Shown in pieces: positions 13,580 through 26,996 of a stretch of 64,000 bases of DNA. Position numbers and translations under genes: made by a program. Numbering within the stretch: position 1 is the stretch's first letter; each line of letters opens with the position of its first letter. This DNA comes from Octopus sinensis. Its lineage: Eukaryota. The stretch is from positions 78,182,001 to 78,246,000 of the forward strand of contig NC_042999.1 of NCBI RefSeq assembly GCF_006345805.1. The letters are read 5' to 3'. The notes beneath the pieces are model-generated. The model did not search any database, was not told the origin of the DNA, and saw only the letters and a list, made by a program, of their open reading frames with translations.

Positions 13580-15493
13580 CTAGCAGAGACACCCGGCATT
13601 GCTCGAGATTAAAATGGCCTAGTTTGTATGTAATATATTACAGTTATGTTGAAACAGGTGATACGGGAAAGTGCAGCATTGACAACAAAGCATTTGTGGA
13701 GTAAATGATGGGCTAATTCAACTAAGTAACATGCTATGCATCTGTTTGGAGTATTTCAGGCCCTAACCTGTGGGGGTTATGTGATTTTTGAATGCACCGA
13801 GAAGCTGTCAGTGGATACACTCTCTTTTGCAGCAGTCAGCGCAGTGTTTAACATGACCCATCATCTGAAATGTTGACACCTCCTTCAGGTTTGGTGTCCT
13901 ACATCACTCATAAAATAGATTTGGAGGAACTGTGGTTGTTCATTTATGGGTAACGGAACCAATGAAGTGGTAGACTTGCTCTTGAACTGACGTCATCGTA
14001 AATTCATGTTTATCTCTCTTCCTAGATGCACCAAACGATGTCGTTTGCAGAGTTATATTGTCTGATATTGTTCAGAAAATCCTTTGATTGGATGGAAATG
14101 CCTTCTAGAAGATCCATAAGAGGTTGAGAAGGAGCTGGTAGTGCTGGCAATGTTACCTGACAGCCTGAGCAGTACATACCATTTGTTTCATCTGAAAATT
14201 TTGAAGTTCTACAGAAAAGACAATTTGTGTTTAGCACACCAATTTGGACAGAGCTATTATTTTTATAAGAATAGAATGGATCATATCTGAAAACAGCTTC
14301 AGGAGTTGTGAAAAACGAATTTGTATGTAGTCTGTTTCTGAGAGCTATTCTATTGGACCTCTGTCTAATCATTTAAACATTGATTTACTGATCCAGCATT
14401 TAGTGCTGCAACATTCATTTGCTGGTGTTGAGAAAATCTTATCTCTCTTCAAACTCTTGCCTTCGGTTTTCTACAATCCTCCTTGCTTTATACTTGTTTT
14501 CAGAGAGATTATGTCTTTTCTTTGGTGGCATATTTTCCCCAATATTGTAAACAAAAAATTATGAACATAGAAAGAAACTATACATTAATCTCTATTTTTG
14601 TAAGCAGTTGTATCTGTAAAAATTTTACTTCAAGAGAGCAGAAATTGAAAGATATGCAAAAAGAACAGAGAAAGAAAGTGAAAGATGTATGTACGTCTAT
14701 ATGAAATAGACGTGTGTGTGTGAGTGCATGCGAGGATGCTTACGCATGTATATGTGAGAGAGAAAGAGGGTGAGAAGAGAGTGAGTAAGTGCAGGTGTGT
14801 GTCGTGATGATTGATGCCGTTTAAAGTACACACATATATAGAAAATGTGACGTAATAGTATAGAATTTTTATGATAGTTGATTTATGGAAAAGATTATGT
14901 TAAACTTTTGAAATGCAAATATGTGAATGAAAATTAAGTTTAATTTGTAGCCAAAATAGTACTTAATCTTATGATACCCCATACGTCAAAATCTGTAATT
15001 CGGTTTTGGAAAGCATAAGGAATATATAATATCAAAGATGAGGCAGACTTGTACATGGTAGCTAAACCTGGAAGAAATAGTAGCCAAATTTCCCTCAAAA
15101 CACCCTACTGTCTTAATCCGACAATTCTGCCTATTATGTAGTTTGAATGAGAAACTGTAACTAAAGATTAAGATTATTAACCCACAGAGAGAGGAAAGAA
15201 GACAGACAGCATAGCAACGGTTTTGGTTGACTGTCATCTTGTACTCCTCTTGTTGCTAGCAAAATGGTGTGAGCTGGCTGTCTGAACAACTGGTTGTTTT
15301 AATGGCAGAACAGAACATAAAGATTACAAAAATAGTGATTCTCACTTTGAAACTAACGATTTTGAAAATCTTTTTATATTACAGAATGCCCAGCTCTCTC
15401 ATGTATCCATGTTTAAAATTTCAGCGCAATCAGATGAACAATACTCAAGTTATAAGCACACAAACAGACAGACGGAATGGATTTTATATAAGA
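13580..15493 (-). mobile_element. Helitron remnant (internally deleted; Rep N-terminal Zn-finger region)
   Basis: ORF 14022-14372 IG....C..C...KF..E..GM.CSG..V.LP.LP.P..PL..LL.G...SK.FL.NIRQYNSA is typical of Helitron Rep N-termini. The minus-strand 3' end has hairpin CTCGAGCAATGCCGGG followed by CTAG|T at 13580. The 5' end is uncertain (TC-like ends near 15493 and 16644). Confidence 0.8.
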
Positions 15494-15554
15494 AGCTACA
15501 CATGTACATGTATATACATATAAATCTATATATCTACATCTATACATATACATC

Positions 15555-15602
<48 letters not shown>

Positions 15603-15656
15603 CATATATATGTACACATATATACATGCATACATACACACACACATATATATATA

Positions 15657-15951
15657 TCACCGTGATCACTGTAACCGACCAGCTATCAGATGTTACTACA
15701 CATCGCTGGTCACAATGCACTTCGCATTGTTTTAGCCTTCAAATGATGCCACCCCACTGGCTAAGTGAGCAGGCCAACAGAAGAAAGAGAGAGAGAAAGT
15801 TGTGACGAAAGAGTACAGCAGGGATCGCCACCACCCCCTGCTGGAGCCTAGTGGAGCTTTAGGTGTTTTCGCTCAATAAACACTCACACCATCCGGTCTG
15901 GGAATCGAAACTGTGAGTCTGTTGCCCTAACCACTGGGCCATTGCGCCTCC
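15657..15951 (-). mobile_element. tRNA-derived SINE
   Basis: Minus strand GGAGGCGCAATGGCCCAGTGGTTAGGGC...TTTCGATTCCCAGACC (A and B boxes). Confidence 0.75.
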
Positions 15952-15999
15952 ACACACACACTCACACACACATATATATATACATATAGGAGGAGGAGG

Positions 16000-16286
16000 G
16001 GACCCCCTTTGGTCATGAATGACCATGGGATTGCACCTAGAAAGTTACTCTCCGCGGCACAAGTCAGGGCAAGATTGTTTGTGGAAGACTAGCAGTTGCC
16101 CATGCATACCAGCCTCCCCTCTCCACACCACTGATGTTGCAACTCATTTCTACAGATGAGTTAACTGGAGCAACGTGAAATAAAGCATCTTGCTGAAGAA
16201 CACAACACACAGCCTGGTCTGGGAATCAAATTCACAACTTCACGATTGTAAGCTCAGCGCTCTAACCACTAAGCCATGCGCCTTCA
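16000..16286 (-). mobile_element. tRNA-derived SINE with conserved central domain
   Basis: GAAGGCGCATGGCTTAGTGGTTAGAGCG...TTTGATTCCCAGACC, then GTGTTCTTCAGCAAGATGCTTTATTTCAC. Confidence 0.7.
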
Positions 16287-16659
16287 CATACACACATATA
16301 TATGTGCAGATATATATACGCACATATAATGCATCCATATATATATATATATATATATATAAGGTGAGATAATAGTTTCACTATGTGTATATTATGTACG
16401 TAGTGAAACTATTAAAACTGAAACAATTATCTCGCATTACTAATGAGATGTTAACTTTTCACTTTTGACACATAATATCAAAACAGTCTAAGAGATTGCT
16501 CCGGGCTCACATTAGTTAAGAAGTTGAAAATTTTTGGCCCATGACACTCCATGTAAAATTTGAATGAAATTAGTCGGGTAGTTCTTGAGTTTTAGTGATG
16601 CACACATACAGACACACACACACTCTCTGTTTTATATATATAGATATAAAATTATAAAG

Positions 16660-17081
16660 CTTAGGCATGGTTGTGTGGTAAGAAGTTTGCTATCCAACCA
16701 CATGGTTTCAGATACAATCCCACTTGGTGTGAGGCAGCTTGAATGAATCTTCTGCTATAGCGCCAAGCTGACCAAGCTTTATGAGTGATTTGGTAGGTGG
16801 AAACTGAAAGTATGTATGTATGTAAGAATGAATGTGTATGTTTGTGCCTCTTTGTCTTGACATTACATAGTAGCTGTAAATGAGTGTCACTGCCTTACAA
16901 AGTGCGTCAATCATTTCCAATAATCAGCAAGAACATGTGTGGATTTGGGGAAATATTACCCTGCTTTGAAGCAGGTGAGAGTGATGGCAAGAAGGGCATG
17001 CAACCATAGAAAATCTGCCTCAAATAAACTCCATCTGATCCATGCAAGCATGCAAAAGTAGATGTTAAATGATGATGATGA
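16660..17081 (+). mobile_element. Older SINE copy with RTE-like (ATG)n tail
   Basis: Head AGGCATGGTTGTGTGGTAAGAAG similar to the 27052 copy; tail CATGCAAGCATG...GTTAAATGATGATGATG. Confidence 0.65.
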
Positions 17082-18429
17082 TTGTCTCACACATACTCAC
17101 ACACACACAAATACACATAAATATATATTATTAAGTTTGGATTAGGCAATAATACAAGGAAGAAGATCAAGACATAAGCATAAGATTGACATAAGCAATA
17201 GAGCATAAGTTTTGTATTGGTTACAGTTGTTTCAATTTACAATTCATGGTGTCATAGTGAGTACCTGATCAAAGACTTAGCAATTAGAAATAAGTAGGAG
17301 AAAACTTTTGAAATATAAATTGGAAGCATAAAAAAAAAATAATAAACGTTTTTTTCCTGTCTTAGTTTGGTTTCATTTTGAAAAACAAAAGAAAAATCAT
17401 TTTATGGCTTATTATTGTTTAAATTTTGAATTACATATACATGGTGGCACCAAAATCTTTTAAGTGCTTAGGGCTTTAATGGGTCTTAATCTGAATGTCA
17501 AAAATGGGTATCTTGAGGGTTTGGCAGCAGTTGTTTACAAATGTTCATGTGTTGTTGAGCATGCTCATTGGTCAGTACATGAATAACTTCTTGACAGCGT
17601 CTGTTCACAAGGCCCAGCTCATGGAGTAGTCAAATGATGATGCTTTATGAAGGACCGACTTCTACCAATAATGTATGAGTGCTTGTGCTTGGCTGTTTTT
17701 CAGCTATTTCAAGCCACACCTCATCTTCCTAATCACATGGTTTCGGGGTCAACCCCACTGTGTGGCACCTTGCACAAGTGTCTTCTACTATAGCCCCAGG
17801 CCGACGAAAGCCTTATGAATGGATTTGGTACATGGAAATATAAACCTATACATGTGTATGCGTCTACACACGCACGTGCGTGCATGTGTTTATGTATGGC
17901 CTTGTCAAAGGATTTTACCTTCATTGACGAATGTTAGATATAGGGGCTTACTCCTGCCCTAAGTATTTCTCCAACAGTTGTTTCTCAATAAATATAACAT
18001 CAGGAGTACCACTTCCTGGTACAAAATCAAAATGCATCTCGTCTAGACAACTCTTTCTGTAACTTTCATTACTTGATCCAAGAGTTTGATGCCTTGATAA
18101 ATGCCTGTCTGTATATCATCTGTAGCAGTGATTCAAAACCTAACCGTTAGATACTCGGTCAAATACCATGAGTGAACCACTGTAGTTTCACGAGTTCAGT
18201 CTATAAATCGACCAAGCAGCATGAGGCTGTGGCATGATATGGTTTTCTTGATAGTTCTAGAATAAAACCTCTTGTCCCCTATAAAAACTGTTTTGGCATT
18301 TTAACTTGTGGCAGCTGAGTGACTTGTGACTGGCGCCTCCATTCTTGTCATGCTGGCAGTTCTGGACATTCATGCAGACAATTCCAGTTTCTCGGACAGA
18401 CCCATTCAGAACATTCACACAATATCTCA

Positions 18430-19330
18430 TAAGTGATTTCTAGTGGTGTGGTGTGGTTTTTCTCTCTACTCCAGTCAGCAATTATTTATTTTGTTAATTG
18501 TGAACAGCCAATACCAAATATCTTTATGCCCAGTAAGGAATATTCAGTTAAATGTTCGCAGTTTGCTTCAGTTATTTTTTCCTGCAGTCAACGAAATATA
18601 TCTTTATTTACCCACTAAAGTGATAGGCATCCAGTGGCACATGTTTCACTTTTGAGACACCTGAACATGAACTTGTTACTTCACTCATCAGATATAATGC
18701 CTTCCTTTACTGTCCAAGCAACTATACTTATGACTAGCATGTACCTACTTCACCAAGTATTTGAAATATCTCCCCAAATATCCCTGATAGTCCAGCTGCC
18801 TTCTCCACTTCATATTTTAATTGTGCTTGCGGTTATACTAGTCAACTTCAAGAGTATTTCCTCTGTTTGGTCTTCCTGTTATGTATTCTTATTCAGCAAC
18901 CTTCCTTAATAGCACTTCTGCATCTTTTTCTTTTTAGCAACAGTATAAGCAAGAATGTCACTATCATTCCTTACATGCTTCTTCTCAACAACATCTTGAT
19001 TCTCTCTAGTACACTACCTTGCAAACTATGAGCAAATTTCTTATTTTCAGTTTCTCCTCCAGCTAAGCATACCTGATGACTTTGTCTCTCTTAGCTATTT
19101 CATATTCTTTTTTGCTACTTATATTTTCCCGTCTTTCTAAAACTATATTCCAGCTTTAATAACTTTATCTACAGTATTATTCCACTGCCATGTCACCGGA
19201 ATCTTGCATCAGTTGCATGTCTGGTCTCTAGCCATCGGCATATTGTCCTGTAGAAACTTCCAAGTATAAATTATACTATGAGTCTCCATGTATTTCAACT
19301 AGAACTAAATCTGAACATCCAATCAGTCAT
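18430..19330 (-). mobile_element. Old degraded RTE LINE fragment
   Basis: The minus strand retains KKFA..RENQDVV.KK.VRND..RLLN, homologous to the intact RTE at 8400-8680, with many stops. Confidence 0.55.
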
Positions 19331-19458
19331 TGGGTTCTTTCAGTCATCTATTCGTTCTCCAGATTGTCTTGTATTTGTTGGTCCATTGAGTTCTCACTTT
19401 GAAGTTACTAATTAATAGTTTATGTCGAGCCGTACTTTCTTCAATAGAGAAAGACTTA

Positions 19459-19830
19459 ATCATCATCATCATCATTTAACGTCCGTTTTCCATGCTAGCA
19501 TGGGTTGGACGGTTCGACTGGGGCCTGGGAAGCCAGGAGGCTGCACCAGGCTCCAGTCTGATCAGGCAGTGTTTCTACAGCTGTATGCCCTTCCTAACAC
19601 CAACCACTCCATGAGTGTAGTGGGTGCTTTTTACATGCCACCAGCACAGATGCTAGAGGAGGCTGGCAACGGCCATGATTGGTTGGTGCTTTTTACTTGT
19701 CACTGGCACGGAAGCCAGTCAAGGCGGCGCTGGCATCGGCCATGTTCGGATGGTGCTTTTTACGTGCCACTGGCACAGATATCACAACTACAATTTCCAT
19801 TTGATTTTTTGATGTTGATGTACTTGACTC
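19459..19830 (-). mobile_element. RTE 3'-end fragment
   Basis: (ATC)n tail plus the conserved RTE 3' UTR. Confidence 0.85.
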
Positions 19831-19834
19831 AATT

Positions 19835-20105
19835 GGAGCACAAAAGAGTTGGAAGCTAAAGAAACAACTAGGTGTAAGAGAAATCACATGCAGAGTGTAA
19901 CAAAGGAGATTGAGCTGGTATGGATATATGATGCATATGGATGATGACAGTTAGGTAAAAGTGTGTTGAGCAATTCAAGTGGGAAGAACTTGCAGAAAAG
20001 AAAGACAAAGGAAGAAATGGGCTGAAGTGGTGAAAGCTGATCTTAGGAGACTTGAATGTCATGAGTGAAATGACAAAGAACTGTAACAAAATTGTTAAAA
20101 TGCTG
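19835..20105 (+). mobile_element. Old RTE C-terminal fragment
   Basis: Degenerate RRLSWYGYMMHMDD...RKKWAEVVKADLR, homologous to the C-terminus of ORF 6683-7348. Confidence 0.6.
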
Positions 20106-20109
20106 TACT

Positions 20110-20455
20110 GGAAGAGGTTCTCTTTGAAATATACTCCTGCTATACTGTGTTGTATCAAAGACAAGAGAACCACTTTCAGCTTTTAACTTCAAGATAGTGG
20201 TCCAAAATAAAGTCAATTTGTCTATGGCTTTGATAATGGTATCTGGAACTTTTTGTAAATCAAAGGACGCAAGTTCCCAATTATGTGGAACAGAAGCGAA
20301 TGTATTCTTGTAATCCAATTGTTAGGCTATGATCATGTTCTTCTTATGCCATTGCACATTCAGCATCACAGTTTCATTAATCAAGAGTTGTTCAGCACGT
20401 TCCCAAACTCCTTTCTTCCCAGCTGCTTGTTCAAAAGTGACATTATTACTATCAG
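20110..20455 (-). mobile_element. R4/Dong-like non-LTR RT fragment
   Basis: EQAAGKKG...EQLLIN, LDYKNTFASVPHNW and RSIFQREPL correspond to R4/Dong EQKG..DQLLID, IDYKKAYDSVPHSW and RGIFQGDSL. Confidence 0.65.
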
Positions 20456-23194
20456 TGATCCTGGAGATTGTGTGCGCGTGTGTGTGTGCGTGCGTGCATG
20501 TGCGAGTGTGCGCATGTTGTTTTTCGTGTTTTCATTTTTCGAAATCCTAGCTTAGAAACCAGGTCCTTTTTCACTGAAATTTAGACAATATCAATAGGAT
20601 GGTTGTGTATATATGTATACACGCACGTATTGAATGCACATTAGTATGCATGCATAAACATGTGCACATACATGCATATGTGCAAGCATGGACATCATTG
20701 CTTGTGCACATCTAAAAGTATTGACTTATGTTTATATACATATGCTTACATATCTACACGTATGTTTATGCACTTATTATATGCTAAACTTCCGAGACAT
20801 TTTACGGTTTCAGTGTCTTCAATGGCTTGCATTTCTAATCTAATTAATCGTATTATTTCTGGTTTTATGAAGCTCAGCTTCTCAAGACTGATGTTGATAC
20901 AGTTATGTATCGAACTGCTCCAATAATTATATATTACCTATTATCTGGACTTGGTATAAATGTTTTCATCCATGGATCTTTAACACTATGTTAACATCTA
21001 TTGGGCAACTGATTTCCAGCACTGTGTGCAGTTTCTTTTCTCCATCCCAGATCATTATGTCGGATCTGTTATACTTGCATTTTACTGAAACCTTGACATG
21101 AAGATTTCCGTTTTATTGAGTGATTATGCCCTCTACAGCATTGTAACTTCTTATATCTGTATCTTTAGGATTTTTCCTTCTTCAAATTTCAAAGTACAAT
21201 ATTTTGGTCACGACATTATGCCTCATATGTCAGTAATAACATGTTGACATGTATGCATGTTCTCTTCTGTTTGTATTTAAATTCTTCTTCTTAGGGAGAA
21301 ACTGGTTTCTAACAAAGATACAAAGCTCCATTGTTGGAATGTAGATAACAAAAGCAATGTCATATTTTAAACTTCTGAAAAGTCTTGCATATTTTTATTG
21401 TTCCACTTACAGAGATTGTATTTGTATTGTATGTGCGAGTTAGATGTATGTGTGTGGGAAAGTCATGTATATATGAAAGCATAAAAGTATGTATATACAT
21501 GTGAATGTGCACATGTATACATGAGTGTTTGCACAGTTACCATTGCAAAAGAGGAAATGTATATGTATATGTATATGTAAAACTTCTTGAATATTTTGAC
21601 AGTCATTTTGATGACCTGTAGTTGTAAAATCTGAATCGGCGTGTTCATTCTGGTTTGTGAAACCTGGCTTCTCAAGTCTGGTCCTGAAACAGTTACGTAT
21701 ACAAATGCTCTAATAATTAAAGACAGAAATCTAAACTTATTCCAGTGGGTGGAATAACTGCAAATTTCCCATTACTTCAGCACGGATTATTTCTTTTTCA
21801 CTAATATTTAACATTATGTTGACAACTGGTAAGCCACTGACTTCATTTACAAGGCACAATTTCTTTGATCCAGAGAATTATATATGGTTTATTGTGCTTG
21901 CATTTTACTGAAGTCTTGACAGGAACATTCCTCCAGTATTTTATTTATTTATTAATGAGGGTTTATACCCTCCACATCATTGTGGTTTCTCATATCTGAA
22001 CCCTTATAATTATTTACGAATTTCAAGGTACGAAGCTCTGACCACATCATGCTTCCTCCACAAGTAGGTAATAACGAGAGAACGTGTGTGTGTGCTAATT
22101 AGGAACAAAATAGTTGTTAATTCATCGGGCCAGCCCCAATCGAGCAGACCTATTGTGAAAGACATACCAGCCATGTGACTCCCGTCATTTTTCGATGAGC
22201 AGGGAACCCTATACGATCGTTTTCTTTTTTTAATATGACAGGGCGTGATTTGACAGAAATATTGCTGCTATTTCTAACATGCCGTGCAACCACAAAGGTC
22301 CCTTCTCTGAGATCGACAACAAAGCTATTGTAACAATATGACTTTAATATATCGTGCCACGCATGTTCATATTTTTCTTTCAAGTTCTCTCTGTGTGTGT
22401 GAGGAAGAGAGAGAATGTGTGTGTGTGTGTGGATCTAAAAGAAAAGGCACTGGGATCATTCGTCTTACATTTTAGATTTGTGTGTGTGTGGTCAAAAGTT
22501 GAAAACCTGGGTTTTTAAATGGTAAAATATACTTTCCTTACTTATGGTAATTTCTTACGCTAGGTGGCTTGCGTTACGTTAAACTAAATTCTCGTTTGGA
22601 TAAGGCTTCCCCAATATTTTCTCGCAAAGAATAAAAAAAAAATGAATAAACTAAAACACGCAAAAATATATTAACGGATAGGACACAGCCAGTGAGACAC
22701 GTAGCTCGATTAGCTATAAGTAGCAGCCAAGTTTTCTTTAAATCACACCCTTATATCTTAAATATGAAAGGATACATTGGATAAAGTAGACCTAGATATA
22801 AAAAAGACGAGATAGTCGCAGTTAAAATGCCTCTGATTTATAATTAAGGCCGACCTGGGACTAAATAACAATAACGAAGATAAAAAAGCCAGGATTTGTT
22901 GTCTTCTAAACACCGTAGCTTTGTAAACTTTATTATCACATCCACTTACTTTTTCATGCTTAATTTATTCTGTTATTTATTAAGTAGCTTCTGAAAATAT
23001 ATTGTATACAAATCTAAGTGTGTATGTGTATTTGATCTTGCACGTGATAAATATTGATCCAATTTATTTTATTGACATTGACGTACTTCTATACCTGAAA
23101 TAAAAAGCCAAACGACGACAACGGATTTCTTCATGTCAGGAAGAAATTACATGGTATGTCTATAATGACGTCACCGTGTGTCTTTAGGTATGTA

Positions 23195-23198
<4 letters not shown>

Positions 23199-23263
<65 letters not shown>
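23199..23263. repeat. (TA)n microsatellite
   Basis: Pure TA dinucleotide run. Confidence 0.95.
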
Positions 23264-23267
<4 letters not shown>

Positions 23268-23360
23268 TAATGTAAACATTACACATTAGAAAGAGATACA
23301 TTGTTCAAATCCTGTCAAATGGATTCAAATTGCCACATTTACATCGGTAAACACACACAC

Positions 23361-23399
<39 letters not shown>

Positions 23400-23465
23400 T
23401 TTATGAAACATTAATTTTTACTTTATAAGTAAAATGTCAAAATATATTTACATATAATTTTTGAG

Positions 23466-23536
<71 letters not shown>

Positions 23537-24257
23537 ATCTGATGCCGTGTGTTAAAACTAAGCAATTAACATTGAAGAGACATTCTAATCCATTTAAGAA
23601 ATTTTTCGTTTCTTGGTATGTCAAAATTTTCGTCGTACTTCTGCGACCTGGCTGGTTACTGACACAATTCCATTGCGACATATATATATTCACTTTTTTT
23701 TTTAATAATATACTACTTCTCTAGTGCCATCCGCGACAGTTACTGCAATAAAAATGATGCCTTCAGTTCGTTAATGAGTAAGCATAAGAGTAAGAATTAC
23801 ATATAAAAATGTATTCAAGTAACTACAAATAGAAATGCATTCAATTAAAAACGAACAATGATGTTCAGAAATAGTTAACTTGAAATATAATTAATGATTC
23901 CATTAAAAACAATCGATGATGATTAGAAATATTAATAGTTAACTTAAAATATAACTAACTTTTATTTATGTCCATTACAAACACCCGTAGATTTTAAAAT
24001 GCTATCCTGCATAATCGTTATTTTATATGAAAATATACTGTCATAGAAAGTGTATGTGTGTGCGTGTATTTTATTTTTAACACAGCTGGAATTCGAGACG
24101 GGGGTGTTCGGTTTTTGTTTCTGTTCGTATTTTCTGAAACACGCACACACACACACACACATAATATACACATATTTACACATTTAATAATCAAGATGAC
24201 GTACCGATAATAATATCTAAGGTATATCAAAGTTATACTTTGGTCAACTTACCTTGA

Positions 24258-24258
24258 T

Positions 24259-24290
<32 letters not shown>

Positions 24291-25020
24291 AATATATATA
24301 TGTATGTATGTATATATATATATGTATGTATATATATATATATATATGTATGTATATATATATATGTATGTATATATATATGTATGTATGTATATATATA
24401 TGTATGTATGTATATATATATGTATGTATGTATATATATGTATGTATGTATATATATGTATGTATGTATATATATGTATGTATGTATATATATATGTATG
24501 TATGTATATATATATGTATGTATGTATATATATATGTATGTATGTATATATGTATGTATGTATATATATGTATGTATGTATATATATGTATGTATGTATA
24601 TATATATGTATGTATGTATATATATATGTATGTATGTATATATATGTATGTATGTATATATATGTATGTATGTATATATATGTATGTATGTATATATAAT
24701 ATGTATGTATATATGTATGTATATATGTATGTATATATATATGTATGTATGTATATATATATGTATGTATATATATATATATATATATGTATGTATATAT
24801 ATATATATATATGTATGTATATATATATGTATATATATGTATGTATATATATATATATATGTATATATTTATGTATGTATATATATATATGTATATATTT
24901 ATGTATGTATATATATATATGTATGTATTTATGTATGTATATATATGTATGTGTATGTATATATATATATATATGTGAGTGTGTGTGTGTGTATGTATAT
25001 ATATATATGTGTGTGTATGT
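24258..25020. repeat. ~760-bp compound (TA)n/(TATG)n microsatellite
   Basis: Seen directly; it generates the spurious YI/MYVC ORFs. Confidence 0.95.
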
Positions 25021-25264
25021 GAAATGTTGCCTGGCTATTTTCAAGCACCTTTCTACATATTTCTTATACATGCACAGTAAAGTCTTGCTACCTTAGCTTT
25101 TTTGTTTTGGTTATTTGTTTTAGCATTCCTCCAGTCCGTTGCTATTTATAGTTGTTCATACCGTTCTTATACACTTTGTTGTAGGTGTTTTCACAGGCAT
25201 TAGACTGTGAATATTTTACTTCCCAACAGCTGCAAATGGTCTCTAAAAGTAAAAAACACTTTCC

Positions 25265-25278
25265 CCCGTAGGTGGCGC
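25265..25278 (+). promoter_or_regulatory. CTCF-like binding motif
   Basis: CCCGTAGGTGGCGC matches 13 of 14 positions of the core CCASYAGRKGGCRS, within a CpG-retaining region. Confidence 0.45.
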
Positions 25279-25738
25279 ACTACAAACTAGAAGTAAAACT
25301 CTGTATGTGGCTTTCGAGTCCCAATCTAGGTATCTGTTCTCTTTCACTTATTTTAAATCGCTATTCATCTTTAGAAATGCGTGAACATCGCGCAATCTCA
25401 TTCCCTACTTGCAATAGATCCAAGCCATGTAACATTTGCACTGTAAAACAGAAGTAAAACTCTACAAGCTGCTTTCGAGCATTGGTCTAGGACCGATTCT
25501 CTTTCATTTCTTTTAAGTCGGTAATGCAACTTTGAAAATATGTGAACGTCAATCTCATTTAGTTTTCAATAGATCCTGGCCAGGGGACAAACTATTTCTT
25601 TGTTGGTGATGTAGAACAGTAAACGTCCAGGGAACCGAATCATTATGCTTTCGAGTTCCTAGCTGAAATTCAGTTCTCTATCACTGCTAAATTATCTTGA
25701 TAAACTAATGAACGTCACATTTCATTCCCTTCTACAAT
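25278..25738. repeat. Three diverged ~160-175-bp tandem units
   Basis: GCTTTCGAG at ~25310, ~25471 and ~25647, with colinear TTCTCT(T/A)TCA, TGAAC and TCATT; units 1 and 2 also share AGAAGTAAAACTCT and CAATAGATCC. Confidence 0.75.
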
Positions 25739-26505
25739 TAATATGTACGCGGTCGCACGCGAAGATGAACTGCCAAACTGACTAACCTTTTCTACAAGAA
25801 GATGAAACTTTTAGTGGTGATCCACTTTGCCAAGAAGGGTTGTAAGACGGTTCAAGAATAGGAAATCGCCTGCTAAATCGAATCGTGATCGGTATCGATT
25901 CCCTCTGGAGTTAATTTGCTTCTTTGCGTCTTTAACCCTCCGTTTCAAAAGTGTGAATGCCTCACACCAATTAAAAATGTAGACTTTTTTTTATCTACCA
26001 TTAAACACATGTAGTCTGGCACTAACCAAAGAAATTTTCGGTTCTTTGGAGACAGGTTAAATTCAAGTAGTAGGAGAGGCATAACGTACATACTATAGTG
26101 ACAAAATATATAATCAATCAAAATTATACTCTTAAATACAGGTAGCTTTATCTCTCTCTCTGTAGTTGATAAATCCACACATGTATACCTTCATTATGCT
26201 AGTACCTTTCTCGCAAAGCAGGATTATTTCATTTTTGTTGTGTTTTTTTTTTTTTACATTAGCACACATAATACTTGAAACCTTCCGACGAAGGGATATG
26301 AGAGTGTTTAATGTTTATGTTTTTCTCAAGGGAATTAGTTATAAATTCTAATAAATGGAAATGTCTCTGACCGGACGTCTTACTTAACTGGGTCACAAAC
26401 TCGGCGTGCATGGAATTAATTTTTACTTACTCCTACACTTGACACTGACGAGAGAGAAAAATTTGTAATTGTTTATTTTTGTCACTGAGTAACTAAGTAC
26501 TAAAA

Positions 26506-26996
26506 CGGTAAATATTTCGTAAAGGACCCATTCGTACCTCGGTGTGAAATAAGTTTTTCCACGGTTTTTTCAAGTGCATTCAACGTATCTGACCTCCAAA
26601 CCCGCCGAAAGCCACTTTTTTCCCGGAAAAGAAAGGGGGAGGGTGGTGAGGACCTCGGAGTTTCCCCCACCAACGACGTTCTGTTTCGCAGATTTTTGTT
26701 TTTCTTTTCCAGGTTATTTCGCATACTTTCAACGGATGTGACATCGAAATCACGCGTAAACGGCTCCTTTCCCTAGAAAAGAAAGATTTGGCTGCTATTT
26801 CTAGCACGCCCTACTACTATGTAACAGCTATTTGCGATGAAGGACCCACCGATATTTCGCTGTGAAATAATTTTTTGGCCCCTCCCCACTTTCTTTTCCA
26901 GGAAAAAGTGACTTGCGGCGAGTTTGGCAGTCAGATATGTTGAATGCACTCGAAAAAACCTATGGTACGAACGGGTCCTTTATGAAATATTTACCC
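26506..26996. mobile_element. MITE with long terminal and subterminal inverted repeats
   Basis: GGTAAATATTTCGTAAAGGACCCATTCGTACC / GGTACGAACGGGTCCTTTATGAAATATTTACC, plus ~80-bp subterminal IRs. The internal sequence recurs inverted at ~55490-55650. Confidence 0.8.

Noticed and set aside
17215-17280. Minus-strand GAAACAACTGTA resembling a hammerhead 3' half
   Set aside because: No CUGANGA core at an appropriate distance.
24244-25096. Long ORFs of 240-280 aa (YI/MYVC repeats), and similar ORFs at 3.3-5.8, 15.4 and 41.7 kb
   Set aside because: Translations of TA/TG/TATG microsatellites that lack stop codons by composition.
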